Shown here: piece after piece, positions 40,913-53,719 of the stretch
Layout of the letters: every line of letters starts with the position of its first letter
How positions within the stretch are numbered: the stretch's first letter is position 1
From: Xylographa opegraphella
Lineage: Eukaryota
Direction: 5' to 3'
NCBI GenBank assembly: GCA_022813865.1
Contig: JALDZX010000028.1
Coordinates: 124,001 to 188,000, forward strand
DNA length: 64,000 bases
Translations under genes and position numbers: made by a program
Notes under the pieces: generated by a model
Databases searched by the model: none
Told to the model about the DNA's origin: nothing
The model's input: the letters and a program-made list of their open reading frames with translations, nothing else

Positions 40913-43900
40913 ATGTCGACACCTCATGGTCCGCGTTCTGTATTACGCATTGGAGGGAGGACAAAACCACGTGGTGGGTCCCCAACGAGAGGAAGTGCTA
41001 AGCCAGTGTCTTCACAAATACTGCGCTACGGACTCTGACTGGTGTATTGTATAGCTCCCTCGACCCGCAATGGCTTGCGAGGAAGGACATCGAGCCCATC
41101 GGTGAAAGAAAATGACCCGCGGAACACTTCAAATCGCGGGCGCGCACATTCAAATACTGGGAGGAACCGGCATAGCGTTTCGAGGCCCTCACCGCTATCT
41201 CGAGTGCACACGGCCAGTTCCGAACAAGAGAGTTGGCGGGACCCTACTGTTGCAGACCCTACCGAATATAAAGCGCGCATGGGCGAGTTGTGGAACTCGG
41301 TACGTAATCAAGCATCCTGTCTACTGACTGAAGGATATCCATAGTGACAGTCTGCAATCGTTTGTATGTGTAGCTCAAGCAGAACCGTGAAAGAGAGAGA
41401 AAGGACGCTATCAAGAATGGCCTGCTCTCGAACCCAGACAAACCGACATCGCTTGCCAATGCCATCACACCGGTTGGGACATGTCAAGATATGTGTCCGG
41501 AATATGAGAGGGTCCAAAGGATCAGTCACCACGCAGATGTCGATAGATGCGAAAAGGTTGGAAATATTATGATGGACATTCTCCAATACTATGGCTGATG
41601 AGGATGGGTAGACTGCCAGTCAATCATCAGATATTATGGTGCCCTATGAGGACTTCATGGTCAAAAAATTCAGAAGATCCTCTCCTGGTGACGAACAACA
41701 ACTACCGTCTGACATTCGCCCTCCGCATATCTTACAAAAAACCCTTAACTACTTGTTTGATTCGGTCGTTGGAGGTTCGCGGCCATTGGCCGAAGTACAC
41801 AAGTTTGTTTGGGACCGAACGAGGTCGATTCGGAACGACTTCTCTATTCAACAAGTTGCAAAGACGGAAGACTTACGAGTCGCGATTGACTGCTTTGAGA
41901 GAATGTCCCGTTTTCATATCTTATCGCTACACCAACTCTCGTATCAGGACAAGGTCGAATTCGATGCCCACCAGGAACGCGAGCAATTGAACAATACTCT
42001 TCTTTCATTGATGTACTACTACGATGATAGTCGTTCGAAGCTCACTTCTCCCAACGAAGCCGAATTCAGAGCTTACTGTATCATTTTCGAGATCGAGAGT
42101 CAGCGACCAGATCTCGAGGATCGCGCACAAAATTGGCCAAATTCAGTGCTCAAGGACCCTCGAATCCAGACAGCATTGAAGCTTCACGCCGCCGCCAGCA
42201 ACACCTCGGACAGTCAAGGACCTTTGCGACCACGAACTGCATTTTCGATAGCCCAGGCGAACTACGGCCGCTTTTGGGCCATTATCCGCTCAAAGGCTGT
42301 CCCTTATCTGATGGCTTGCACGGCAGAGATCTATTTCAATTTCGTTAGAAGTATGGCACTGAATACGATCTGGAAAGCGTATAGAAGAGGAGGCGCGATC
42401 AAATTGGATGATTGGATCATGGGCGACGTTATGGCAGCCCTTGGATTTGATACCGAAGAACAAGCGACCAATTTTTGTGAGGAGCATGGATTCACAATTG
42501 GTGAAAGGGAAGACGGAAACTCCTTTATAATTCTTAGTTCTGTTTCTGGAACATCCCTGACAGGTCAGTCATGCTGGAACAAGATATAATGATGCTCCTT
42601 ACGAAAATCACAGATTCGAACCCCAGGCGCGAACAGATATTCTCGAAAAGCCTGGTAGAGAAAAAGCGATTTGGCAGGACCTTTCCCGCCGTCATCAATG
42701 GGCTCAGCGCCTCTCAGGCTCGCTTGAATGGTTTGGTTGAGGAATCCCACGGTGAGGAAGGGTTTCCCTCGACGAACACTAATGACGAGTCGATATTTGT
42801 CACTAATGAGGACGCCTCAATGGTGTCAACGTTAGTAGAATCCCCGTCGAAGACCGCGGTTTGTGCTTCTATAATTGAAGCACAACGTCCATCTCCTCAG
42901 CTACAGAATCCCGTATCCCAGCCCCATGCTCCGCTCGCGACGATGTCCAATAATACTCCAGCTTCAAATTCGTTTGCGCCGGCAAACGCATCATTTCCCG
43001 TCTTTGGATCCTCATCCTCTGGTTCACCTCCACAGTCTTGGGGCGTGCACACTGTCACGAATTCTGCGTCGTCTCCATTTGGACAGTCCTTAACGACCAC
43101 CTCACAACCAGCCGCTACACCTGCACAAGCTACTGATGCAACCAACTCTACCTTAACGTGGTCGACGACACCCGGTCATATCGTGTCCTCAAGCTCGCCC
43201 GTCCCGATGGCTATCTCTGTCTCACAATCCGGCAATGATAGCGTCAAGTCCGTTTTCAATTGGTCACCCGTCTCTAACACCAATCAGCCCACGATTACAG
43301 GTACAGGATCGCCTGGACAGATCTCGCCCAGCTCGCAAAGTGCTGCCGTGTTCGAGCGGCAGGGAAACAGTTCGGCGCCCTCCGATAATGCCTCCGTGCT
43401 CGCGAGTCCCTTCATGTCCAACAGCGCTGCGCAAAACTCAGCAGCGCCTTTCCAGTTCTCGCCACAAGCGGTGAATGCTGACACTGTAATTGCACCTAAT
43501 ATTACATCTGCTGTGCCCGCGAGTCCCTTCATGTTCAACAGCCCGGGATCCAAATCAGCAGCGCCTTTCCAGTTCTCGCCACAAACATCGAATTCCGGTA
43601 CAGTGGGTGCACCCAATTTTTCATCTCCTGCGTCGAACACGGGACCAGGGCTAACTCAGTCTGGTTTTCCATCTTTAAATACTAATTCTTCAGGACAAGC
43701 TACCACACAAGAACCGAATCCGACATTACTGCCCAAGTCGGCACCTTTTTCCTTTGCAACCACTCCAGCAGTCATGGACAATCATATAAGTTCAAGCCCA
43801 TCTTTCAACACCACACCTCCATTCCCAAACCATTTACCTACTCCTCAACTTCCATCCATTTCCCAGCAACCTAACAATGTATCAAACTTGGCAGACACAT

Positions 43901-45431
43901 CAGACACATCAGACACATCAGACACATCATTTGCTTCCAAGACTGGTTCCTCGAAATCCTTTAGCTGTTCTTCTAATTCAACCAAGTCGCCAAAAAATCG
44001 TATCAAGGCTGGTCCGCAAAAACCTGACCGACGAGCTCAAAAACTAAATCAGCTTGCAAATACTCTGGTTTGCGAAGATGGAGGTATCTTGCAACAGTTT
44101 ATCGAGCATATCATTGGTCCAGAGATCGTGAAGTCGATCAGCAAAGTCAAGAGGGCGCGAGAACGTGCAGAGATCGGTTAGTGACAAATACATCATAGTC
44201 CTTTCGATCCAAAGAATACTAACAACAGGCAGCTCGGGTACGGGGTATTGTGCTTGGGAAAATATACTTACGGAAATGGAAGGAGATTGCCTGGAAACGA
44301 GGATTGATGCGGAAAGGGCGAGAGAAGAGGAAGAATTTTGCTCAATCAATGCAAGCGTTATCACAAAGTACAATGCAAGCGCTTCATATCAACCGCAAAG
44401 CAGAAGCCTCGGGCGCTCCGGATTCAATTCAACCTGCCCATGCAATGCGTCCACCAAAGCGACCAACAGACTCATCACTGAAGAGGAAAAGTCTCCCCAA
44501 TGGCTTTAACGATGAAGATACCTCTCACAAGTCTGCCAAAACCCATCGAGACTCTCACCGTGACCCCTCAACCGAGTCTTTGAATACCTCTCAGCAACGA
44601 CCCATTAAGCGACACCACAAGCGATCAAACACCATGGATAGTACGAGTCAGTTCTCAAGCTCGAGTATCAGTTCTCGGGCTCAGTTCAATCCAATGTCAT
44701 CTTTCGTCGGCGGCGCATCCCTTCTGAGTGATTCCGTACTGAAGAAAGCACGGCAACTCATGCCCGCCGGACCCACAGATACGACGCGGACAGACTATTT
44801 CCGGCTCAAGGCTATGGGTCTCGATCCAGACACTCCGATCGTACCAGCCACACGTAAGCGGCGAATTTCCGATCAGGCGGAAGTCAATCCGAAAAGAGCC
44901 TCGCTGCTCTCACCCACTCAGACACCCACGCCTTCGGCTCGACCTATACCTCAACCCAGCCCGCTACCTTCCAATCTTCCGACGAACCACAGTCCCGTCC
45001 CAGCCACAGCGGACGACTCGGACGAGGAACTCTTCGCCCAAGTCCGCCAGGTCAAAGCCGCCATGTCCGAATCCATGACCTGGTACCGCGAAGAGCGGCA
45101 GAAGAGCGAGCTCAGCCGCCGCAGCAGCAGCAGCATCTCGCACGACCAGCACGCTGAAACGGCAGCAGAGCGCCGCTTGCGCGAATTCAAGCACACGCCC
45201 AGCAGGACTGAGGTCCGCTTGCGCGAAACGGGCGCCCGGGGCTTGCTGCCGAAGGACTGGGGCGTGCGGAGTGTCAGGAACGGGGCGCCGGAGGAGGAGG
45301 AAGCGACAACGCCGTCGATGCGGCCGAAGATGGGTTTCGCAGCCGTGAGCGGTAGACCGGAGGAAGTGGGGGCCAGGCAGGACGTCAAGCTGGGAACGGG
45401 CGCCAGCGCCGACGATGCGATTGAGCTTTGA
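40913..45431 (+). CDS. SAC3: SAC3/GANP-family mRNA export factor (TREX-2 scaffold), multi-exon
   Basis: GTCQDMCPEYER, MVKKFRRS, LPSDIRPP, FVWDRTRSIRNDFSIQ and NEAEFRAY (PCI domain), then low-complexity sequence and C-terminal DTTRTDYFRLKAMGLDP. The start exon is tentative. Confidence 0.9.
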
Positions 45432-45693
45432 AAGACTTAGTCGCGTTGATCGCGCTGCCTTTGGAGATGTTGGCTATGATGTGTACGGTACGCTGGCGGG
45501 GTGGGGTGGGGGAGGACCTCTCGGGCGTCAGCATAGCGGCCGGCGTTTGCTCGTTGAGATACCAGGCGCGCCACGTTCGGCATGGAAAGCGTGCATCTCC
45601 GGTAACCTATCTACCAGATGAAACGCAGGCCGTTTTCTTCACAGAGTCTTCTTTAAACCGTCCGCGCTCCATGACTCCCTCTTCGTCTGCCAA

Positions 45694-46925
45694 TCACTCC
45701 TCCCCCCCCTCTTCCTCCTCCCTCCCAGCCAACACCCACCCCGCCTTCCACACCCCTTTCTTCTCCGTATCCACCCTCAGCAGCCCCTCCTCCCCCCTGC
45801 CCAAACAGCCCCCCACCCGCGCTCTCCCGCGCCCCACGCACAGCACCGCGCTGCTCCCGGCATACCGCACCTCCGTCTCCCCCTGCCCCTCCACCCCACA
45901 CCGGTTCGCACACACGACCACCGCCTCCCCCGCGCCTCGCACCAGCGGCTCCAGCCGCGCCACCCAGTACGCCTGCGTATCCGCATCCGGGGCGTGCGAG
46001 GACGCATCCAAATCCCCACCCCCCCGTGCCGGCTGCGGCTGCGCCAGCCACGCCATACTCAGCAGCACGAGCGCGCAGGCGCGGGCGCGGGCGTGCGTGG
46101 CGAACTCGAACGCGCGCCAGGGGGCGAGGAAGCGCGAGGGGTTGAGGTCCATGCAGATGCCGAGGGCGGTGGGTATGGTGGTGGTGGTGGTGGTGGTGAA
46201 GGAGGAGAGTGGGAAGGGCAGAGGGAGGTCGACGGTTTGGAAGCCCTCGCGGCTGGGGTGCGCCCACGTGCTGTCTGTGTAGTAGAGGTGCGTTTTGCGG
46301 TAGTGGGCGAGGATGAGGCCGGTGGGGGAGGCGAGGAGGAGGGCGTTGTGGTTGGGGGGGGTGAGGGGGGATGGGGGGGGGATGGCGGTTGGGGGGAAAT
46401 GAGGTGGGGATGAGGGTGCTTGGGGGGTGGAGATGGAGATGGCGGTCGGGCTGGTCGCGCGCTCGGGGTAGCCGACGCAGACGACGCACTGTAGCCGGCG
46501 GGCGGTGCGGAGCGCCCACTGCGCGCTGGGGCCGCGCGCCGTCGGCTCCAGGTGAGGGGTTATGGCTGCGAGGGAGGAGAAGTTGTAGCCTGCGGCGGAT
46601 GGTTAGTTTAGAAGATAGGGGAAAAGAAAAGCGCGAGTAGTGATGACTTGGTTTTCCGCTTTTGACAGTTTTGGAGGCGGGGGGGGGGGCAGATGAGATG
46701 ATGGGAATAGACGGCAATTTGCGTAGGAGATACTTGTGGCAGAGAAGGGGGAGAGGAGGGAGAGGGATATGGAACATGGCAAAACGTACCGGTGAAGGCT
46801 AGCTCGGGCAGGACGAGAAGGTCCAGGCCGGCCGTGTCCGCGGCGGCGAGGAGCTCGTCCGCGCGCGCCATGTTGTGCGCTACTTGGCCGAGGACGGGCG
46901 AGAATTGGAGGGTGGCGATGTGCAT
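45694..46925 (-). CDS. NTA1: Protein N-terminal Asn/Gln amidase (nitrilase superfamily), 2 exons
   Basis: Removing intron 46590-46789 gives LVLPELAFTGYNF (Glu), VGYPE, HYRKTHLYYTD (Lys) and GICMDLNP (Cys). The frame stays continuous through the poly-C tracts. Confidence 0.88.
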
Positions 46926-47451
46926 GGTTTGGGGGTTGTGGGCTTGGCAGCAGAGGTGGAAGGGGTTATGAAGGGGGGGGCGGGGGGCGGGGGTTGACAG
47001 GTTGGCGGAGCGAGGTTTTTGGAGTTGTTGTGGTGTGGAGAAGAGATCCTGTGGTTTATTGGAGGTGGGGATATTTAGGGTTGGGATCTATGTCATGATG
47101 CTGTAAATTTGAGGGAGAGCGAGGCTAATCCGGTTCCGGTGCGTGTGGAGTGTTGCGAGTAATGCACATAGTATCATGTTCGAGGCGGAACGATTCGTGA
47201 CCATGGGAGAAGAATCGTGGCGTGGATACATCACCGAGATGGAAAGGCGAGCCCCGGATTGTTAACAACATTGAAGCCCCATCCCTGATATTCTTGCTCA
47301 GTAGATTAAATCTTACCACCCGTTCAATAATTCTTGACTACAGCACATGTGCAATAGAGGATTCCTTCTTCTCAAAGACTGCTTAGAGGTGTCACTGATT
47401 GTACCCAACCCCAGCAACCTGACCCCATATCGAATGCTCAATTGTCAGCTA

Positions 47452-49659
47452 CTATGCATCCTCATACCAAATGAGCCCAACCTCCAGCGCCTTGATCTGC
47501 AGCGCCAGCAATCTCGAGTAATATCTACACAGTGCCAGATTGCCTCCGAAGAACCAAAACCCAGGATGCCCACTGCGCCGCCACATACCCCGAGTCTCGC
47601 CCTCTTCGTCAAAGCCCCAGACGTCGCCGACGCGATCCGCAAGCGCATCTCCAAAGATCTTCCGCGCTGTCTCCCGCATGTTCTGGTAGCCCGTGGCGAA
47701 GACGATTTCGTCGGCCTCGAGCTCGTCACCATCTGCGAACGTTTCGCTATGAGCATTGATGCGTGAGATCTCTTGTCCCTGCTTGACCTTGATCTTGCCG
47801 TCCGCGATCATTTGCGAGGCGCCAACGTCGATATAGTAGCCACCGCCACGGTGAAGATATTTCATCATGAGTCCAGAAGCATCTGGTCCGCTATCGAGAG
47901 CGAAGCCGGCGCTGAGAAGTCCACGGAGAATAGGTGCGTCGAGTTTCATCATTTCTTGGGTAGCGGCGATGTGTAGCAGCTTCAGGACAGGGTTGGGAAC
48001 CGAGTAGTTTATAAGGTCAGCATCTTCGACGGATGGCTTTTCAGGTAGAAAGAAGAGTTAGCTTGGTGATAGCGAATGATTTTTCCCGCAAAAAACGACC
48101 AGTGTCAGGGGTCATTAACATACACCGTCCTCAGAGTAGACCCCTTTCATTGTAACATCGATCAGAGATTGACTTGTAATGACTAGCGTACTACTTCGCT
48201 GCACCATAGTGACCTCATATTCATTCTCGAGGTAGTCCTGTGCGATGTCATGGGCAGAATTGCAGCTTCCCACAATTAAGGCTTTCTTGCCTTTGGCATG
48301 AGGGCGTGGACCATCGAACTTCGAGGAATGCACCAGTCTATCACCTTGGAAGTCGGCAAGACCTTCGATGTCGGAAGGAAAATAAGGCTCTCCACTCGCA
48401 CCCGTCGCCTGAATAATGTGTCGTGGATGAATTGTGCCTGTTACACATAATGATAGTCAGTATGCACACCGACATCAGCTATGACCAAAGAAAAAGCTCA
48501 CTGCTTTCTTTGCTTCCGTTGTTGTTGCGCTCGAGTTCAACCGTCCATCATCGGGCGGTCTCTTCCCATGTCGAGGCCGTGATGCTTGTATTGCACCAAA
48601 CGTTGAGCTCCATAACCTTTGCATAAATCTCAAACCATTCTGCTAGCTTGTCCTTAGGCGTGAAGAACTGAGAACCTTAGTACGATATTCCCATGGATCT
48701 AAATTCTACGGTTCTTACCGGCCAACTGGACGGAAAGTTAAGATACGGCATATGGTCATATTTGCGGCGAAGATAAGATCACCTGACCAAGAAGCAAATT
48801 CTGCCTCCCAAGCTTACCAGATAGCATCATGAAGTACCAATTGATGATACCGGTTTCGCCAATTGTCTCCAATGCAAGGATTGAGATCAACGATCAGGCT
48901 TCTGACCCCAAGTTGTTTCAGTCTGGCAGCGACACTTAGGCCTCCCTGTCCCGAACCTTAGACACGATGAGTATGCTCGATATCCACTTTTGGGCGAGTA
49001 TACTAACCAACAATGAGCACAGATGGTTCAAGGTCTCCTTCAAGGTTTTCTTCGGCTATTCTCTTCTCTTTCCAGTTTTTCCGAGGAGAGCGCGAGTTAC
49101 GTTCCGTCCCCAGGGGTCGTCGTTCTCCGGTGCTTTCTTCGTGTCCGTTTAATTCCTGTAAAGCAGTGAACAAAGTAAAGGCTTTCCATTTCCCTTCATC
49201 TTCTGAATCCTGTAAGAGTCTAACCAAGCCTCGGCCTCGTCCAACGTCAGTATCAAGGGTCAGAAATGACTGTACGGCTATCGCGTCTTTGTCAAAGCCA
49301 AATGGCACCGCTTGTGGCTTTCCTGCATTGCTGGTCCTGTCGATGGTGAGTGATTTTATCCTGCACCCCTTCAGCTGTGTCTTGAACAGGGAATCAATCT
49401 TCTCCGGTCCGTTGAGGGTATGAAAATCCCACGTCAGACAGAGAAGGTCACGCCAGTAGGAGCCTTTTGGAAACAGTGTAGTAAAATCAGACTCTTCAGC
49501 GTGTACTTCGTTGTTAAACAGAGAAACCCAATCATTAACAACTTCTTCGGAGTTTATTGCGGTTGAAGAAGTAGATTTGGGATAATGAACTGGCTTCAGA
49601 CCATAAGAGCCTGGCAACATGCGATTGCATGAGGGGACTTGGACCGCTGCCGTTGCCAT
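47452..49659 (-). pseudogene. Flavin-containing monooxygenase (class B, YUCCA-like) with inactivating lesions
   Basis: VLIVGSGQGGL, GDNWRNRY, ATG, HSSKF, IVGSCNSAHDIA and GGGYYIDVG motifs. In-frame TGA at 48548-48550, and no usable AG acceptor before the YDHMPY exon (48761-48763). Confidence 0.8.
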
Positions 49660-51560
49660 GATACCTAGACCAGAGAGAGGAGGCAGCAGGAGGATTATCT
49701 CAAATGTAACGGCACAATTTGGCTGAGGAATGAAAATGAAATGTTAACAATGAAGCATGATGTTATTGGTGGATACCCCTCCGGCTCCAACCCCGCATGG
49801 AAAGCTGCCAGATTTAACCTATAAATAGCGGAGATCATTCCGTCCAGTAACATCGTATCGAATGATGTTTCAGAGACAATATTGTCTTGCTCGCCTGAGG
49901 TCTGTGTATCGTAAAAATCTCAATCAATTCAATCATGTTGTCGTGTTGGAGGCGGTGCGCTGCACATATTCCGTACAAAAAACCACATTTCGTAAACCCG
50001 CAATTTTAGCGATTCAGAAACAATGCAGATTATGAGCACTCAAGTCTGCTCGTTCGCGAATCATAGAATAACAACGTAGATCAGCAGCTTTCTGTCCATC
50101 TCTTCTCATTCCCTTGCACCACCATCGTCTCTGTTCGACCAACAAGGACTTTTTGGCATCCAAGACCCTCTGATAATTACACTGTGCAACACGCTGTGTA
50201 GCTAATGCTTCTTCGGTACCTCTCTACCAATGGCCCAGAAAGAACCATCTCGACGTACAGGTCGTTAGACATTCCTTGCAAGTTGCTCGACGGGCATTAT
50301 CTCTGGTCGCTTCGTCAAAGCTACGTAAAGAATAGGCCATCAGATATATTTTTCTCCATAAATGCGTCGGTCAAGCGAGCAGTCATCTTCGAGTTCCATG
50401 CTATGCGCTTATCGTAGCGCTTCGGAGTAAGCAGTAATACATCGCTTTCGCCTTGAATGGTTGAACAGGGAAGTTGCCAATTATGGGAACTGGTATAGAG
50501 CCTGGTACTGGCACGTTACGGTACTACCACCCTCCCCGAGTGGTCCACGATCCAGTCGTTGCGGTCATCTCTCAACCACTGCTTCTCGTTTGGACAGTCT
50601 GCAGTGGAGGAGAACTTCGTCACTCGACGGGCACCAAGTCTGGGAGTTTCAAGCATACCTATGGTTTCCCTCTACTCAACTAGTAGGCTTGCTTGTGACT
50701 AGAAGGACTTTGTCTGTTATTTGCATGCTGTTGCTCCCATTTAGGCTCAGCAACGCTCTTCGGAAACATGACTACTTTTTTGGCTCTGTCATTGAAAGAG
50801 CTAAATCATCTGATGGAAGTACGGCGGCGCAGGATAAATGATAAACACAAAGCAACGTGCAAAGAAAATAAGATGATGTTTGTGTATATCATTCATCCTT
50901 GGTCGGCACGAAGGGAATGATGTCGGGTAAAAATGAAATGAGCAAGTTCACGTACACCTTGTGAGTGGGAGTGAAAGTGTCAGGTCGTTTTGACTCATCA
51001 TGTTTCAGCTCATATGTCCATACGAAGGAATGAACATGATGAAAGCAGGGACAATCTCACGCGTAATAGATCAAAAACTGCTTCAGGATAAGTAGAAACA
51101 TTGTCGCAAAAGCTGCGACTTTTGAGTGCGAGGGACAGGGTTTGATGACATTTTCTTTAAGGCGATATGAAATATTTCAATATGCCAGAAGTGTCTATGG
51201 AAGTCGTCATCTGAGCGCCGTAATCTGCAGGTACTAATCGGCCTTAACCCAAGGACCAAAAGCTGGCGCAGACAGCGACTTCCCGATTGACCAGAAACCA
51301 AGAGAGATTACAGTATTACATGTATTATGCTTGATTAACTGGATGTTAAACAACATGGTCTTGGATATGGGATGTTATATGAGGCTTAAAACGATTGGTA
51401 CGGACAGATTAAGCGCGGCGGACAGACAAGCGCGGCAAATATTCGCTTCTATCTTAGTCGCGCTTATGTTTTAAGGTTAGGATAGACCTAGGGCATCGTG
51501 GACATTCGCATTTCTGAAACTCCGCCCGGATACAACCATTGTACACCGAGCGCTCTTATA

Positions 51561-51985
51561 ATGACGGACCAACTCATAGCCCAGGCACGCAATCTTCTTG
51601 AAGGCCAGATAGTGCGCATCTCGGACTTGATGACATACACATCTTTTACTGACACATGCTGAAGGACTTCCAAGGTCAAAAGAAGGCCGAGCTCTTCACG
51701 AGCTTCAGCTTAGCCGGCTTCGGCGTAAGTGCTTCTTCTCTATGCCCACGCTTCTTCTCGTCAACGATGCTGAAGATCCGTGCTTAGCTGGTCGCATTAC
51801 TCGTCGGGTACATACAGCAAGACATTTACCTGACGCTCTGGCTGGGATTGCTTGGGACATTTATCACTTTTGTGGCTGTGGTACCACCATGGCCTTTTTA
51901 CAACAAAAACCCGGAAGCATGGCTGCCAGCTGCAAACGGATTAACAGGAATAGGGATTGAAGTGGATGGGAAGAAGATCAATTAG
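51561..51985 (+). CDS. SPC1: Signal peptidase complex subunit Spc1/SPC12, 3 exons
   Basis: Spliced translation MTDQLIAQARNLLEGQI-DFQGQKKAE...G-LVALLVGYIQQDI...VVPPWPFYNKNPEAWLP; IDFxGQ and PPWPFYN are SPC12 signatures. Not in the ORF track. Confidence 0.93.
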
Positions 51986-52532
51986 GAGTTTTGTGGAGTC
52001 GGGCGCTGTCAATGAATATTCAACTTTATTTAATATCAAGTACTATAATAGGGAAATGAAAAATTCTCCACGTTCGAGTACAAGAAACTTTCGAAGGCTG
52101 GGATCCGGCTGTTGTAAGAGCCCCCCAGCATATCGGGTGGTGAAGGTAACTGAGCTGAACCTCAAGATGGTTTGCACTGCACCGACCCGCCGGTTTCCAC
52201 ATCGGTGGAAACCTATCCTGCACACTTTTCATGAAGATCACTATCATGGAAAAGTCGCCTGCAGCCCATCTTGTAACTGAATTGCATTCAGCTGCTTGTG
52301 CAAGATCTGCTGAATTTATTCCTCGGAAGGTTTGACAGCTAGGGAGTCGTCAAAGCGCGTACCAATAGTCGAAAACCCTTTATGAGCCACCTGCACTGCA
52401 GACTCTCCCGAAACACCATATATGCATTGTTCGTGACTTCATGAATACCCTTTTTGTGCTCGTTCTGCCGTCTCGTCGCGTGGTACATGTATAAAATCCT
52501 GGCATTTCTGTCTAAGCTCCAACTCAGGTTGT

Positions 52533-53076
<544 letters not shown>

Positions 53077-53719
53077 GATGACGACAAAGTTTTGTAGATT
53101 TCAGTGAGGTAGTAGCCGCAGCCAAGTCGGCTGTGGAGGAAGACCTGGCTCGAATTCCAGTCGATTCGAATAGTCTGGTGCTGGGTCCACCAGTTGCTTA
53201 AGCGGCAGGGTAGAGCCAAAGTTCATATGCCAAAGTTGACTTTCTTACGGCTTCGAAGCTACACTCTTGTTCTTGAAGGGTAAGTCGACCTGAACTGTCT
53301 TTGTTGACGATAAAGCCTGTCAGTTCTCGACGAGGACCACAAGGCAGGCACCAGATTGACTAGCGGCGAATTCAAGGTGGCATGGCTTCGCCCCCTCCAC
53401 AACCTCAGCTTTCCTTCACCACAACACAAACGGAAGACATGAACACTAACATCTTACTTCCACTCGCACCCTCCTTTAAACTCGCAATCTGCTTTCGCAG
53501 AAGATCTAAACAACGACTGAAGCTTCCGACCTCGTCAATTACCCTTCAACCCGAACAAAGCCCTTCATCATATCCACGACGAGACGGATTCGAATTCGAT
53601 CTTACCTAGATACTTCTTGACGAATCCACGCTCATCTACATATCTTACACTTTACTGTCGTCTTTGTCGACGCTTGGTGGACTAAAAAGGCTGCTTATTT
53701 CTCAAGCCTCAGTATTACC

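Noticed and set aside
44221..44232. Apparent SAC3 frameshift at the last intron
   Set aside because: Using the second AG (44232), at a normal distance from the TACTAAC branch point, restores the frame.
45653..46777. 374 aa Pro/Arg/Gly-rich ORF and a suspected frameshift in the NTA1 poly-C tracts
   Set aside because: It is an alternative frame; codon-by-codon reading shows NTA1 stays in frame through the tracts.
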